A DNA stretch of 63,949 bases, filler included, from Octopus bimaculoides (Eukaryota): assembly GCF_001194135.2 (NCBI RefSeq). It is 9 parts of 9 records of this genome, joined end to end, with 100 filler letters (N's around TTAATTAATTAA, not from the genome) between each part and the next. Parts side by side here need not be neighbours in the genome. Positions count along the whole stretch, not along the records: positions 19,203 to 36,416 come from NC_069000.1; positions 36,517 to 44,026 come from NC_068987.1; 7 more parts are not named here. The stretch is one strand, 5' to 3'. The notes beneath the pieces are model-generated. The model saw nothing but the letters and a program-made list of their open reading frames with translations, was not told the origin of the DNA and ran no database searches. Made by a program: the position numbers and the translations under genes. Positions 26,010 through 38,717 of the stretch are shown here, in pieces (position 1 is the first letter of the stretch; every line of letters begins with the position of its first letter).

Positions 26010-26200
26010 GATGGCGAGATGGCATAATCGGTAGAGCTTTGATAAAATGCGCCGAGGTTTTTTCGACTCCTTACGTTCTGACTTCAAATCCTGTCGAAGT
26101 CAGCTTTGCCTTTTGTCCTTTTAGAGTCCATAAAATAAAGTACTAGTCAAGTACTGCCAGTCAAGTACTGCAATCCCCACAAAATTGTTGGAATTTCCAG
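26010..26200 (+). mobile_element. SINE family B
   Basis: aagatggcgagatggcataatcggtag head; gacttcaaatcc B box; ctttgccttttgtcc body. Confidence 0.75.
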
Positions 26201-27047
26201 TAAATTGGATGAATTGTTTGAGCGTCGGAAAGTCATTTGCGTTATTCCTTCCGTTCTGTGGAGAAATCTCGTTGAAGTCACCTTTTCATTTCAATTCCCT
26301 CGGATCGATAAAATAAAAGTATTGGGGCAAATATTTCGTTCCAAGTTGTATTATGTTTTTTACTTTCTCAGTATTTTAGTCTTGCGATAAGATGTTATTA
26401 AAATGGAGATGTTTCCATAAAATATATTGAGAAGAGAAAGAGAATTAATTAAAACTCTTTCAAGCGGAAATCGATATTAAAATTTATTTTTAAATATACT
26501 GAAATCTTATTTCGAATGAATTTTATCAAAACTGAATTTTGAATCAAGTTTTACAAAAACTTGTTGTTTCATTCAACTTGATTTTGGTTATGAAAATAAC
26601 TGTCTTTAAATTTATTATTTTAAATTTGATCATTGAAACCAAATAAAAATTTAGTAAAAATAACATTGAAAATATTATACAAATTGGTCGAATTTTGGTT
26701 TGCTGTGGCGGAAAAAGGATATGGAAATGAGGACTTTTAAAATAGGATTTTTCTCGAAAGAAATTAAAATTGTTGGTACTTCTGTGGGGCGTTTTTATGA
26801 AACAGGCAACCAGCAACTTTAATGGGTACAAAACAATAAATCTGAAGAAATACATGAATTATGAATTTACATAAACAATCAGAAGTATATTATAAATGAG
26901 GTACGGATTTTAGCTTCCATGATAGAAGCTAAAATTGCTCGTATTACATTTAACTGTTTATGTTCGTTCATATAATACATACATATATATACGTGTATTC
27001 CAATGCATTTTTCGTGACTGCCTACTCTCGGTCCATCAATGTTTCAG

Positions 27048-27110
27048 GAAAGTCTTGCTTCGATGGGTATCCCTGACACCAGCGGTTTGAAAGCATCAAG
27101 ACCTCCCGGC
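27048..27110 (+). CDS. Candidate internal exon ESLASMGIPDTSGLKASRPPG (phase 0-0)
   Basis: Acceptor ccatcaatgtttcag, consensus donor GC|GTAAGT, 63 nt open frame, GC-richer than flanks, not recognisably repeat-derived. Protein not recognised. Confidence 0.45.
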
Positions 27111-27547
27111 GTAAGTACATTTTACATCCTCATCTAATAAAACTACGTCATATTATCTTTGTGTGTTCGTTGTTGTTGTTATTAACTTCATCATTGTTAC
27201 TGGTGTTGTTATTGTTACTATATATCATGTTTGTTTTTTATCGGGTTTTTTTTATTTGTGTGTGTGTGTGTGTGTGTGTGTGTGACTTTAATTACTATTC
27301 TGCCAGAAGTGTATAAAAAAAAATAATTTGTTAATATTCATGGCTTCTATTACGGTACTATATGAGTGCTGTCTTCTTAGGGTATTTAGATGGCTGAATG
27401 GTTAGGACGCTCGCCTTGCAATCATGCAGGTTCGGGTTCAAATGCGCGTCTGTTATATATTGTTATATATAAAATAAGATTATTATAGACTTCATTAATT
27501 TACTGTAACTACGATTGAACCCTTATCCATTATATTTGGAAGAAAGA

Positions 27548-27760
27548 AGCCAGTTGGCAGAATTGTTAGAATGTCAAAAAATAACACCCTACGGCATTGA
27601 TTCAGCGTGTCTTTCCATTCTGAGTTCAAATCCCACCAGGGGCCAATATTGCCTTTCGAGTTCGATAAAATAAGGTACAGCCAAGTACTGAGACTGATGG
27701 CAACAATTCGAATTCCCTCGAAATTGCTGTCCTTCTTAGGAAATCAGAAACCATAAATTA
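27548..27760 (+). mobile_element. SINE family B (preceded by a separate tRNA-like head at 27388-27450)
   Basis: ttggcagaattgttagaatg head; tctgagttcaaatccc B box. Confidence 0.75.
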
Positions 27761-29279
27761 TATTTAGAAATCAAGATTCTCAAAGAACGTATTTAACGCA
27801 GTATTTTTTATAAATAGTAATTCCAATGTTTTTACGAATCTTGCTCACCCCAATAAATTCTTTTGCATACCCTAAAAGTGCGTATACCCCAATTTGAGAA
27901 CTCCTATCTTTGTCTCAAGTGCAAAGACGGTGCCGATAATCATTTTCGGTTCCTCCAAGACTAGTTATTACCTTGTCTGAATGCTCTAGAGGCCGAAACT
28001 CTCACCGGCACCAAGAACAAGGACAATCCCGATAACGAACCTCACAGAGTTTCCATCTACCAAATCCCACCCCTCCCAAGACTTTGGTCGACTCGATGCT
28101 GCGTATGAAGATACGTACGCAAGCGGCCGTGCAATAGCATTGTACTTACAAAATAAATTGATGCCATACATTTACTAATAAAAGACAGAAACTACTAGCT
28201 CTCATTCTGCCGTTCTTTAAAAACATATCTTGTAAACGAATCTATTTTCATCATTGAGACCCAAATTCTTCGATATTTCGCGAGAGAGTAAAAGAGGAAA
28301 GTATAATGATGTAACAACCTATATGTGGTAAAATATTTGTTATATAGAACAAGTGTGGTATAGTAGATGACGTATAAATAGGGTAGAGGAGAGAGGTGGT
28401 AGCTGTAAGGATGGCGGTAGTGAGAGCAGGCTAGTGGGGGGGGGGGNNNNNNNNNNNNNNNNNNNNNNNNNNNNNNNNNNNNNNNNNNNNNNNNNNNNNN
28501 NNNNNNNNNNNNNNNNNNNNNNNNNNNNNNNNNNNNNNNNNNNNNNNNNNNNNNNNNNNNNNNNNNNNNNNNNNNNNNNNNNNNNNNNNNNNNNNNNNNN
28601 NNNNNNNNNNNNNNNNNNNNNNNNNNNNNNNNNNNNNNNNNNNNNNNNNNNNNNNNNNNNNNNNNNNNNNNNNNNNNNNNNNNNNNNNNNNNNNNNNNNN
28701 NNNNNNNNNNNNNNNNNNNNNNNNNNNNNNNNNNNNNNNNNNNNNNNNNNNNNNNNNNNNNNNNNNNNNNNNNNNNNNNNNNNNNNNNNNNNNNNNNNNN
28801 NNNNNNNNNNNNNNNNNNNNNNNNNNNNNNNNNNNNNNNNNNNNNNNNNNNNNNNNNNNNNNNNNNNNNNNNNNNNNNNNNNNNNNNNNNNNNNNNNNNN
28901 NNNNNNNNNNNNNNNNNNNNNNNNNNNNNNNNNNNNNNNNNNNNNNNNNNNNNNNNNNNNNNNNNNNNNNNNNNNNNNNNNNNNNNNNNNNNNNNNNNNN
29001 NNNNNNNNNNNNNNNNNNNNNNNNNNNNNNNNNNNNNNNNNNNNNNNNNNNNNNNNNNNNNNNNNNNNNNNNNNNNNNNNNNNNNNNNNNNNNNNNNNNN
29101 NNNNNNNNNNNNNNNNNNNNNNNNNNNNNNNNNNNNNNNNNNNNNNNNNNNNNNNNNNNNNNNNNNNNNNNNNNNNNNNNNNNNNNNNNNNNNNNNNNNN
29201 NNNNNNNNNNNNNNNNNNNNNNNNNNNNNNNNNNNNNNNNNNNNNNNNNNNNNNNNNNNNNNNNNNNNNNNNNNNNNNN

Positions 29280-29410
29280 CACATGTCCATACCAGCGCAA
29301 TCGTCTCTCTTGCACGCCACAACTGATGCTTCTAATGTTCAGCTTTTCTCTCAAGATACTTACACTCTGACGGGTATTCACATTGACATTACACATCCAA
29401 CGGAGCATAC
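29280..29410 (-). mobile_element. RTE-clade LINE fragment
   Basis: MLRWMCNV...LREKLNIRSI..VQERRLRWYGHV; same family as 13740-14335. Confidence 0.85.
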
Positions 29411-29959
29411 TGGCTTCATTCCTTGCGAGCTTACGTATGTCCTCAGCAGTTATATATATATATGTATATATATATAATAAAGCTTATATTTCTATATATG
29501 CAAACACACACCCACATATATATATGTGTGCATATGTGTGTGGGTGTATATATATATATATATATGTAGTTGTCTACGCATCCGTCTATCTGACTACTCC
29601 TCTACTTGTTGGTATGATTTGACATTCCACACACACATTCATAAAAACACACGTGTGCACACACACACACACATTCCAAGAATCATTCGAAAATACAAAA
29701 TAAAGAAAGCTCACTCCACCAATTTCTTGCCCCCCACCCCACCACCACCACCCAAAAAATAAAACATTGGAAAAAGCGCAAAAAAAGGAAAAGCAAAGAA
29801 TAGAAGCAAAGAGAGTGAGTGAGAGAGAGAGAGAAAGAGAGAGAAAGGGAGAGAGACCGACCGACAGACAGACAGACAGACAGATTGAAAAAGAAAAAAA
29901 AAGAGAACATAAATTAAACAAACAAATATATAAAAGAAATTCTGATTAAGGAAAGTCAT

Positions 29960-30287
29960 GCTCACCTTAGAAAGTTGTTAGGCGCATGCGCAATCAAGGC
30001 TTGTTTTTTTTTTTTATTCTTGGTTTTTATTTTTTAGTTTAATGTTCCTTTTCTTTACCACATTTCGTCTTACACCATTTTAGAGGGGGAAAGGAAATTT
30101 TTAGCAGACGACTACCTGTGCAGCGCCGTCCGCCCGCCCGCCCGTCCGTTCGTCCGTCCTCCCCTGCACATCATACCACCATACTGAAATATAGTATAAA
30201 TAATAGCATATACTATAGTATAGATTAATATAATATTAATATAAACTTTACAATCGCTGGTCATATCAAACAAAAGTTGAAACCAAG
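29960..30287. promoter_or_regulatory. CpG-rich promoter-like region, possibly bidirectional
   Basis: NRF1-type palindrome GCGCATGCGC (29982-29991), GC boxes ccgcccgcccgccc (~30130-30145), YY1-type CAAGATGGCG over the ATG at 30288, and a minus-strand donor AAG|GTGAGC at 29966. Confidence 0.5.
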
Positions 30288-30386
30288 ATGGCGTACCGCT
30301 TACTCAACGATTTTGATAATAATCGTGACGTTATTTATAACACAACACATACAACCAGACGGACAGTGACATCGTCGAGTGATTGG
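30288..30386 (+). CDS. Candidate first coding exon MAYRLLNDFDNNRDVIYNTTHTTRRTVTSSSDW, phase 0
   Basis: ccaagATGGCG start, 33 open codons, donor TGG|GTAAGA, promoter-like upstream region. Protein not recognised. Confidence 0.5.
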
Positions 30387-31477
30387 GTAAGATACAATAA
30401 TCAATTTGTATTGATTCATATTATTTTCTTATATTGTTATATATGAGCGTGTATGTATGTGTGCGTGCTTGTGTGTGTGTGTCTGTGTGTGTGTGTAGTT
30501 TTTAACAACATTTTAATTACTAAATCCATGTTTGATTTCATTTACATATTTGACCAGGGAGTTTTTAAAAAATTAGTATATATATTTCGTACTAGAAAGC
30601 ATAATATATATATTTGTATATATATATATATATATNNNNNNNNNNNNNNNNNNNNNNNNNNNNNNNNNNNNNNNNNNNNNNNNNNNNNNNNNNNNNNNNN
30701 NNNNNNNNNNNNNNNNNNNNNNNNNNNNNNNNNNNNNNNNNNNNNNNNNNNNNNNNNNNNNNNNNNNNNNNNNNNNNNNNNNNNNNNNNNNNNNNNNNNN
30801 NNNNNNNNNNNNNNNNNNNNNNNNNNNNNNNNNNNNNNNNNNNNNNNNNNNNNNNNNNNNNNNNNNNNNNNNNNNNNNNNNNNNNNNNNNNNNNNNNNNN
30901 NNNNNNNNNNNNNNNNNNNNNNNNNNNNNNNNNNNNNNNNNNNNNNNNNNNNNNNNNNNNNNNNNNNNNNNNNNNNNNNNNNNNNNNNNNNNNNNNNNNN
31001 NNNNNNNNNNNNNNNNNNNNNNNNNNNNNNNNNNNNNNNNNNNNNNNNNNNNNNNNNNNNNNNNNNNNNNNNNNNNNNNNNNNNNNNNNNNNNNNNNNNN
31101 NNNNNNNNNNNNNNNNNNNNNNNNNNNNNNNNNNNNNNNNNNNNNNNNNNNNNNNNNNNNNNNNNNNNNNNNNNNNNNNNNNNNNNNNNNNNNNNNNNNN
31201 NNNNNNNNNNNNNNNNNNNNNNNNNNNNNNNNNNNNNNNNNNNNNNNNNNNNNNNNNNNNNNNNNNNNNNNNNNNNNNNNNNNNNNNNNNNNNNNNNNNN
31301 NNNNNNNNNNNNNNNNNNNNNNNNNNNNNNNNNNNNNNNNNNNNNNNNNNNNNNNNNNNNNNNNNNNNNNNNNNNNNNNNNNNNNNNNNNNNNNNNNNNN
31401 NNNNNNNNNNNNNNNNNNNNNNNNNNNNNNNNNNNNNNNNNNNNNNNNNNNNNNNNNNNNNNNNNNNNNNNNNNNNN

Positions 31478-31516
<39 letters not shown>

Positions 31517-31680
31517 ATATGATACATATAAGCCAAATTTATTCATTGTCTAAGCAGTGTGAAAAGTAACATGATTGCTGGCGGCAATCGATAGATGCGT
31601 GACCACATGCACACACACGCAAATATATGAGTGTATATATAGCTTAACACACAGACACACACACAGACACACACACACAG

Positions 31681-31715
<35 letters not shown>

Positions 31716-32030
31716 CATACAACCGCATATGCATATGGATATATGTATGTATGCATGTATGTATGTATGTATGTATGTATGTATATGTGTGAGTATGTGC
31801 CTGTGCGTGTGTACACATACACACACACACACACATTTACATAAATACGGACACACCCGCACACATACATAGGGGTGTATCTTATTTATATGTGTATGTG
31901 TGTGTGTGTGTGTGTGCGTGCGTGCGCGCATGTATTTTTGAATGAGATGAAAATAGCGAAGAGTAATTGTGTGAGGATTTAGTGTTATTTCTGGGAATAC
32001 TGAAAGTAGTCGGGGCACCTTGCAGTAGGT

Positions 32031-32083
<53 letters not shown>

Positions 32084-33439
32084 AGCCAGGCAGACAGACA
32101 GACAGACGTTCAAGCAGGAAGGAAAGGGCGAGTGAGAGATAAGGATTGGTGCAGGGAGGCAGAGAAAGAGAGTTTGTTCTCTGGAAGTCATTTTGAGGGC
32201 ATTGAAGAGATAACGACTTGTTAACTTTTCCTGATGTTGTAGAACGAAAGGTTAGCTGGTAATAAGTCAACTCAGCGTGGCGGGTTCGTCTCCAGCTAGA
32301 AACCTATTCAATTTTATTTATATCTCTAATGACCTCGAGAAAAGTACAAACATCACATAATCTCTTTTCTGTCAAATTTTGTACTTAAATAATTGTGCTA
32401 AACATAATATTGTAAAAGTTTACTCCAGATCTTTTCTTGTGGTGGGGGTTCGGTCCCAGCATGACACAAATTTATTTATTATTATTATTTCCGGAACTAC
32501 TGTCTTTGTGAAAGTCATAAATGTCACAGAATCCTGTTTGCATTAAAAAAAACCTCTAAATCTATTCACCATGAAAAGTAGAGGCGACGTGTTGATTGCG
32601 ATTTCAATCTGAAATCTGTTCATTTCACTTACATTAGTATTGCTAATGAGTTTCGCACATACACATCACACATGCACATCCATAGAGATGGCTTCTCTAA
32701 TAGGATGCTGAATTTGTCGTACATCACCAAAGCAAGGGAGCCTCATATTGTCGCTGGATCTGCTAGACATACCAGCTAAATCTCCCTTAAATCGCGCTGT
32801 CTTTCTTCAAACTTCTACAAAAGGTGGCGGAGAATTAGATGCACGATACTTGAGTAAAAGTCGGGGTGGCCATGGCGGGAACCCTTTTTATTATAGGTAT
32901 ACTCAATCAGAGTTGCCTTGGAGCTAAAAGATAAGAAAAGCGATATGGTTTCGAATCCTCGGTCAGTTCCCTTCACATACGTCACCAATAAGCGTGATAA
33001 AGGCATGACTGCCACAACTCGACATGTGTCCCTGTGTAAGATATAAATGTTGCCACTTTCTGTGAAGCGAGAAGCGTGGAGCAAGAATATGGGACGCACG
33101 TTCAACCCCCGGGTTACGAGAGGGGGTGGACAATATTACTTCACTTAAGTAGTTGTGGGTGTAGGAGAGGCATGACTACCACAACTTCTTTCCTAAGCCC
33201 TATGCCCAAACCCAGGCATTTTTTGACGGATGAGTACAAATTACTAACTCGAATCTTTCTTTCTCTCTCTCTCCCTCTCTCTGCTTCTCTCTCTTTCTCT
33301 CTCTCCCCTCCCTCCTTACGCTCTGCTCTACTCTCTGTTTATCTGTCTCTCTTTTTCGCTCTCTGTTTCTCTACATCTCTCTCTGACTCTTTCACCCTCA
33401 CTCTCCCACAATCCTTCTTTCTTTCTCCCATTCTTTTCC

Positions 33440-33492
<53 letters not shown>

Positions 33493-33638
33493 TCTCTCTC
33501 CGCTCCAACAAGGAATGTACAAAGTTGGCCAAATTCCAAAACAACTGTGGAATTGTTTGGAATCAAAGACAAACAAATGACTCAGACAGACCCAGTTTCC
33601 ACTCACCTGTTCTGCCTTACCTAGTTTACCATACTTAC

Positions 33639-33653
33639 CTGGAGTTTTTGGTG
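33639..33653 (-). CDS. Candidate 15-nt microexon (APKTP in phase 1 or HQKLQ in phase 0)
   Basis: Acceptor aataattctattacag after a ~70-nt AG-free zone; donor CAG|GTAAGTAT is fully complementary to the U1 snRNA 5' end. Confidence 0.45.
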
Positions 33654-34121
33654 CTGTAATAGAATTATTTAGGGTACGGTGGATTGGAGTGCGGGGAGGG
33701 GGAGTGGTTGTAGTTAAATGATGCAACTGAAGAGGGAGAATGAAAGACACAAGGCGGACTATGTTAGGAAATACACACGAGCAAGTAAACACACACACAC
33801 ACATATATATATGCATATATATATATCCGTATGTAAAGCACACTTATAAATGGATGCTTGCGCAATCACGCAGAGAAATGCACGTTGCAGATGCATATAT
33901 ATATATATATATATATATAACACGGGTGCACGCAGACTCCTTAACACGTGCTGGCACGTATATATACACACGCGCTTGAAGAAATACACACGTACAGGCA
34001 TATACGTAGAGGGCCCCTCCACACACACATGAATATTCAGTGTGTATACATACATACATACATACATTACATACATACGTACGTATGTATGTTTGTATGT
34101 ATGTATGTATGTATATGTGTG

Positions 34122-34194
<73 letters not shown>

Positions 34195-34812
34195 GTGAAT
34201 ATATGCTCACATACATATACACAAATGCAGATAGAAATTTGAGTGAGAGTGCACGTGCTTGCTAGCATGTGTCCGTGCATGTGCACATGTATACGCATAT
34301 TCGTGTGTTCATGTGTATACGTGTGGGTGTGGGGGTGNNNNNNNNNNTTTTTCTTGTTTCTTCCGCTCCAGCAATAAACACATGGAAATAATTAAGTTAT
34401 ATGAGCAACGTAGCGATATTTATAACGTGATCGACATGCAAACCACATATAGTCATTCATTTATTGCTTGAATACTTTACATTTACTGGTTTGGTAATGA
34501 GAGATGTTTAGTCAGACGTACAGATAACGTGGTCTCTAGGTAAGTTGGTAGGTAACTGCAGAGACTGATGGATGAATACATAACCAATTAGAAAGATTCA
34601 GGCGTCTTTAAAGTCTTTAAAATCGGAGTTAGTCATTCTTATATTATTCCAACTTACCGTAATTTTTCGACGGAATAAAATACGTAGTTTGGCCAAAAAT
34701 ATCACGATTTTGTCAGTGCAAATGAAGCTTTTGCCCAGTTGCTTTGATATTCTTAAAACATAGCCTAAATGATACAACCTAGAAACCATTCGTGTTTGAT
34801 GTATATACATAC

Positions 34813-34845
<33 letters not shown>

Positions 34846-36022
34846 ATTGATGATCATTGCCTTCTTACAACACGGCCAAAATGTGATAGCTCTCGTCTTC
34901 CAAGAGATGTTAGTATGAACGACTATGAGGTACATATAATTAGAAAAGCCTCTAAATTTGTTTAGGAAAATACGTTTAAGAATTGCCATGAATTACTGTT
35001 AATTTTCTGAATAATATAAAAATTGTACATGCAAATAAATTCTGTCATTGCCAAAAACTTAACAGTGTCAATAAATAAGAAAGAGTTTGATCATAAATAC
35101 CGTCAGCTTTTTAATAAAAGTTCTATTAAGAAAAGGATTTCTTTCAAATATTTTGCGAGCCATTTTAATTTAGTCTAATTTTGTTTTTTATTTGTATCTT
35201 CATTACTACTAACAATTGCCATTTTAGGGATTTTAATTGTCTTTCGAAAGTTCAAGTATATTGTGCTGAATCAGGGAATCAAACAAGAGAATAAATGTTT
35301 CCAAGAATTATATAAGTTTATTCAGAATCACTTTAAGATGTTCCTTCATCAACAAATACACTTAAACAATGGGGGCAAAAGTATTTCCCTCAAGTCTCTC
35401 ACGTCACTTTTGGTTTTAAAAGAAACATGTTCGGTGGCATTTAAAATTCGTTACGGAATTCTCAGTCTTGCTACTCTAAAAGTCTTTGGTAGTTCTTCGT
35501 TCTAATTAATGTCGTAAACTCTGCTTAAGCAAGAAGTCATTTATACTACCACAAAATAACAATGGTTTAAGTAAATGATCAGAGATGTTGTGCCATTACA
35601 GACACACCGTGAAATACTTTATTAGCTACCATGTTCTTCCAAATAGTTGAGTCAAGAAATATATATTCGACATGGCTGAAAACTTTGAATTATTTGACCC
35701 TTTTTATCACCACGTTCAAAAATTTAAAGTCACCCAAAGATTTCAAATAATTTCCCATTCACTGTTCAAAAATTCACATTCATACAGCACTCATCTGTCA
35801 CGCAATATTGGGCCAAAAAACTATATTCTTTGTGTGTAATAATTGTATCTTTTATGACTTTAGATTCTTTATAAAAATCTGTTATTTGCTGTATGTTTAC
35901 AGAATGTGGAGTGTGTTTGTGTTTGTTCGTGTTTGTCATTTCAAATAAACCATTGTGTCAAAATCATTCAGGAATCAGACTGTATTCCAATCCAAAGTCT
36001 TCATTATACAAATCTCTTTCAG

Positions 36023-36100
36023 CCTTCTGCAGTGCCGAGCCATAGCTGGAAAGCCATTCGTGAAGTGGAAGGCTATACAAAGCCACACATGACATGGGAG
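36023..36100 (+). CDS. Candidate exon PSAVPSHSWKAIREVEGYTKPHMTWE (phase 0-0)
   Basis: Acceptor aaatctctttcag, donor GAG|GTCAGT; phase-compatible with 30288-30386. Confidence 0.3.
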
Positions 36101-36330
36101 GTCAGTTCGAATTGCTGGTAGTTTAGCTTCACCTTGCTTACTAGAACACGCACACTTGCCAAATTGCCAGCTTGCGAATTTTCCAGTAATTGCTGCACGT
36201 ATTCTTCAAGCAATGCAACAGATCAGTATTACAATATGTGTTGAGAGTCTCTAAAACACGCACACACACAGACACGCACACACACACACACACACACGCA
36301 CGCATGCATGCATGCACACATACATACATG

Positions 36331-36362
<32 letters not shown>

Positions 36363-36364
36363 CA

Positions 36365-36416
<52 letters not shown>

Positions 36417-36516
36417 NNNNNNNNNNNNNNNNNNNNNNNNNNNNNNNNNNNNNNNNNNNNTTAATTAATTAANNNNNNNNNNNNNNNNNNNNNNNNNNNN
36501 NNNNNNNNNNNNNNNN

Positions 36517-36567
<51 letters not shown>

Positions 36568-36766
36568 TAAAGGTAAAATGCTAGTTATCTGATAAAATCT
36601 AACGTGGATTTTATCCTCAGTTTATATATATATATAAGATACGGGGAGTTTTCGACTGGGTGACTCAAACTAACAAGCATGCACTCTGGTGCTCAATTTG
36701 GTATGCCACAAAAATCCTGGTTTGAACTACAGTTGAACAATTGATTTTGTGATTGCCTTTCTACAG

Positions 36767-36793
36767 CGGGTAGAAATAGCTTCCCTTGAGCTG
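36767..36793 (+). CDS. Candidate 27-nt exon RVEIASLEL (phase 0-0)
   Basis: Strong acceptor ttttgtgattgcctttctacag, donor CTG|GTAGGT. Confidence 0.3.
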
Positions 36794-38374
36794 GTAGGTA
36801 TAAATTAAAACAGAAATGAAAAGGCAAACAGTTAGGAAAGGCTTGACAAGGACATTTAATTTAGCTATATAATAAAAAGGCATACATAATCTCTGGAGGT
36901 TAAAGAGATGTAACAATGGAGGATCTTTACTCATAAATAATATTATTGTAGTTCATTTTGTCGAGAAACGGAGGAGAAATCCAATTTACATCTGTTAAAC
37001 CTCTCCCTCTCTCATGACAGTATACAAGACCTATACAATCCTCGCTCGACACGATGTGTATTTTAAAATAGGGAGTTACTTTTCAATCACCCTGTATGTA
37101 TATGTGTGTGTATGTGTATGTGTGTGCCTATATATACATAAATATANNNNNNNNNNNNNNNNNNNNNNNNNNNNNNNNNNNNNNNNNNNNNNNNNNNNNN
37201 NNNNNNNNNNNNNNNNNNNNNNNNNNNNNNNNNNNNNNNNNNNNNNNNNNNNNNNNNNNNNNNNNNNNNNNNNNNNNNNNNNNNNNNNNNNNNNNNNNNN
37301 NNNNNNNNNNNNNNNNNNNNNNNNNNNNNNNNNNNNNNNNNNNNNNNNNNNNNNNNNNNNNNNNNNNNNNNNNNNNNNNNNNNNNNNNNNNNNNNNNNNN
37401 NNNNNNNNNNNNNNNNNNNNNNNNNNNNNNNNNNNNNNNNNNNNNNNNNNNNNNNNNNNNNNNNNNNNNNNNNNNNNNNNNNNNNNNNNNNNNNNNNNNN
37501 NNNNNNNNNNNNNNNNNNNNNNNNNNNNNNNNNNNNNNNNNNNNNNNNNNNNNNNNNNNNNNNNNNNNNNNNNNNNNNNNNNNNNNNNNNNNNNNNNNNN
37601 NNNNNNNNNNNNNNNNNNNNNNNNNNNNNNNNNNNNNNNNNNNNNNNNNNNNNNNNNNNNNNNNNNNNNNNNNNNNNNNNNNNNNNNNNNNNNNNNNNNN
37701 NNNNNNNNNNNNNNNNNNNNNNNNNNNNNNNNNNNNNNNNNNNNNNNNNNNNNNNNNNNNNNNNNNNNNNNNNNNNNNNNNNNNNNNNNNNNNNNNNNNN
37801 NNNNNNNNNNNNNNNNNNNNNNNNNNNNNNNNNNNNNNNNNNNNNNNNNNNNNNNNNNNNNNNNNNNNNNNNNNNNNNNNNNNNNNNNNNNNNNNNNNNN
37901 NNNNNNNNNNNNNNNNNNNNNNNNNNNNNNNNNNNNATATATATATATATATATATATATATAAGCTTATATCTATGTATTTGAAAGCTATTAATAATAG
38001 AATTAGAATATTGGATTAAAAAAACAATATTTATTCGCTATTATTTCTAATTTCATTTGGTTCGAATCATCTTACCCAAAAGAATTATTTCACGTTCCGA
38101 AGTTTTCAATTTCTTATGACATCAATGTATATATAGTCATATAAAAGGACACATACAGATATTTTTATATCCTACGGGATGAAAGTTACTTATGAGTTTT
38201 GACAACTCACAAGAACTACCAAGCAAAGTGGAATTCAAACATAGCTGCCACACTTTGTTATATGAAAAAAATTATATACCATTTCTGCTTTTTATGTGGA
38301 GTTCTGCATCAGATCATGTTTATTCATTGTATAACATGCACCCTTTATATTGATTTCAAATTCTAGTACAAAAC

Positions 38375-38570
38375 CAGCAATTTCAAGTAGGGAGTAAGTC
38401 TATTACATCGACCCCAATGATCAACTGGGTCTTAATTTATCAACCCCGAAAAAAATGAAAGGCGAAATCGACCTCGGCGAAACTTGAACTCAGAACGTAA
38501 AAACGGACGAAATGGCGCTAAGCATTTTGCCCGGCGAGCTAATGGTTCAACCAGCTCGACGCCGTTTGCG
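38375..38570 (-). mobile_element. SINE family B
   Basis: aaaatgaaaggcgaaatcgacctcggcga...gaactcagaacg...aagcattttgcccggc is the reverse complement of family B. Confidence 0.85.
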
Positions 38571-38650
38571 CCCATTTGCAAATTTACATTCTCTCACATA
38601 TACATACACATGTCTGCATGTCTGTGTTTGTCGAAGTGAGTCTATGGATA

Positions 38651-38717
<67 letters not shown>

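Noticed and set aside
27990-28178. Apparent terminal exon RPKLSPAPR...DFGRLDAAYEDTY...YIY* with a neuropeptide-like DFGR
   Set aside because: Its core (28048-28095) is the antisense of the SINE family A body (gaccaaag...ggatttggtagatggaaact), so the peptide is repeat-derived.
33631-33642. ATACTTACCTGG, identical to the U1 snRNA 5' end
   Set aside because: Similarity stops after 12 nt and no U1 stem-loops follow; better explained as a minus-strand donor site.
34661-38110. Minus-strand exon chain KLKTSEREIILL / EYVQQLLENSQAGNLASVRVL / GYVLRISKQ...RRKIT
   Set aside because: Acceptors are weak, phases only partly agree and no homology is recognised; not supportable without transcripts.
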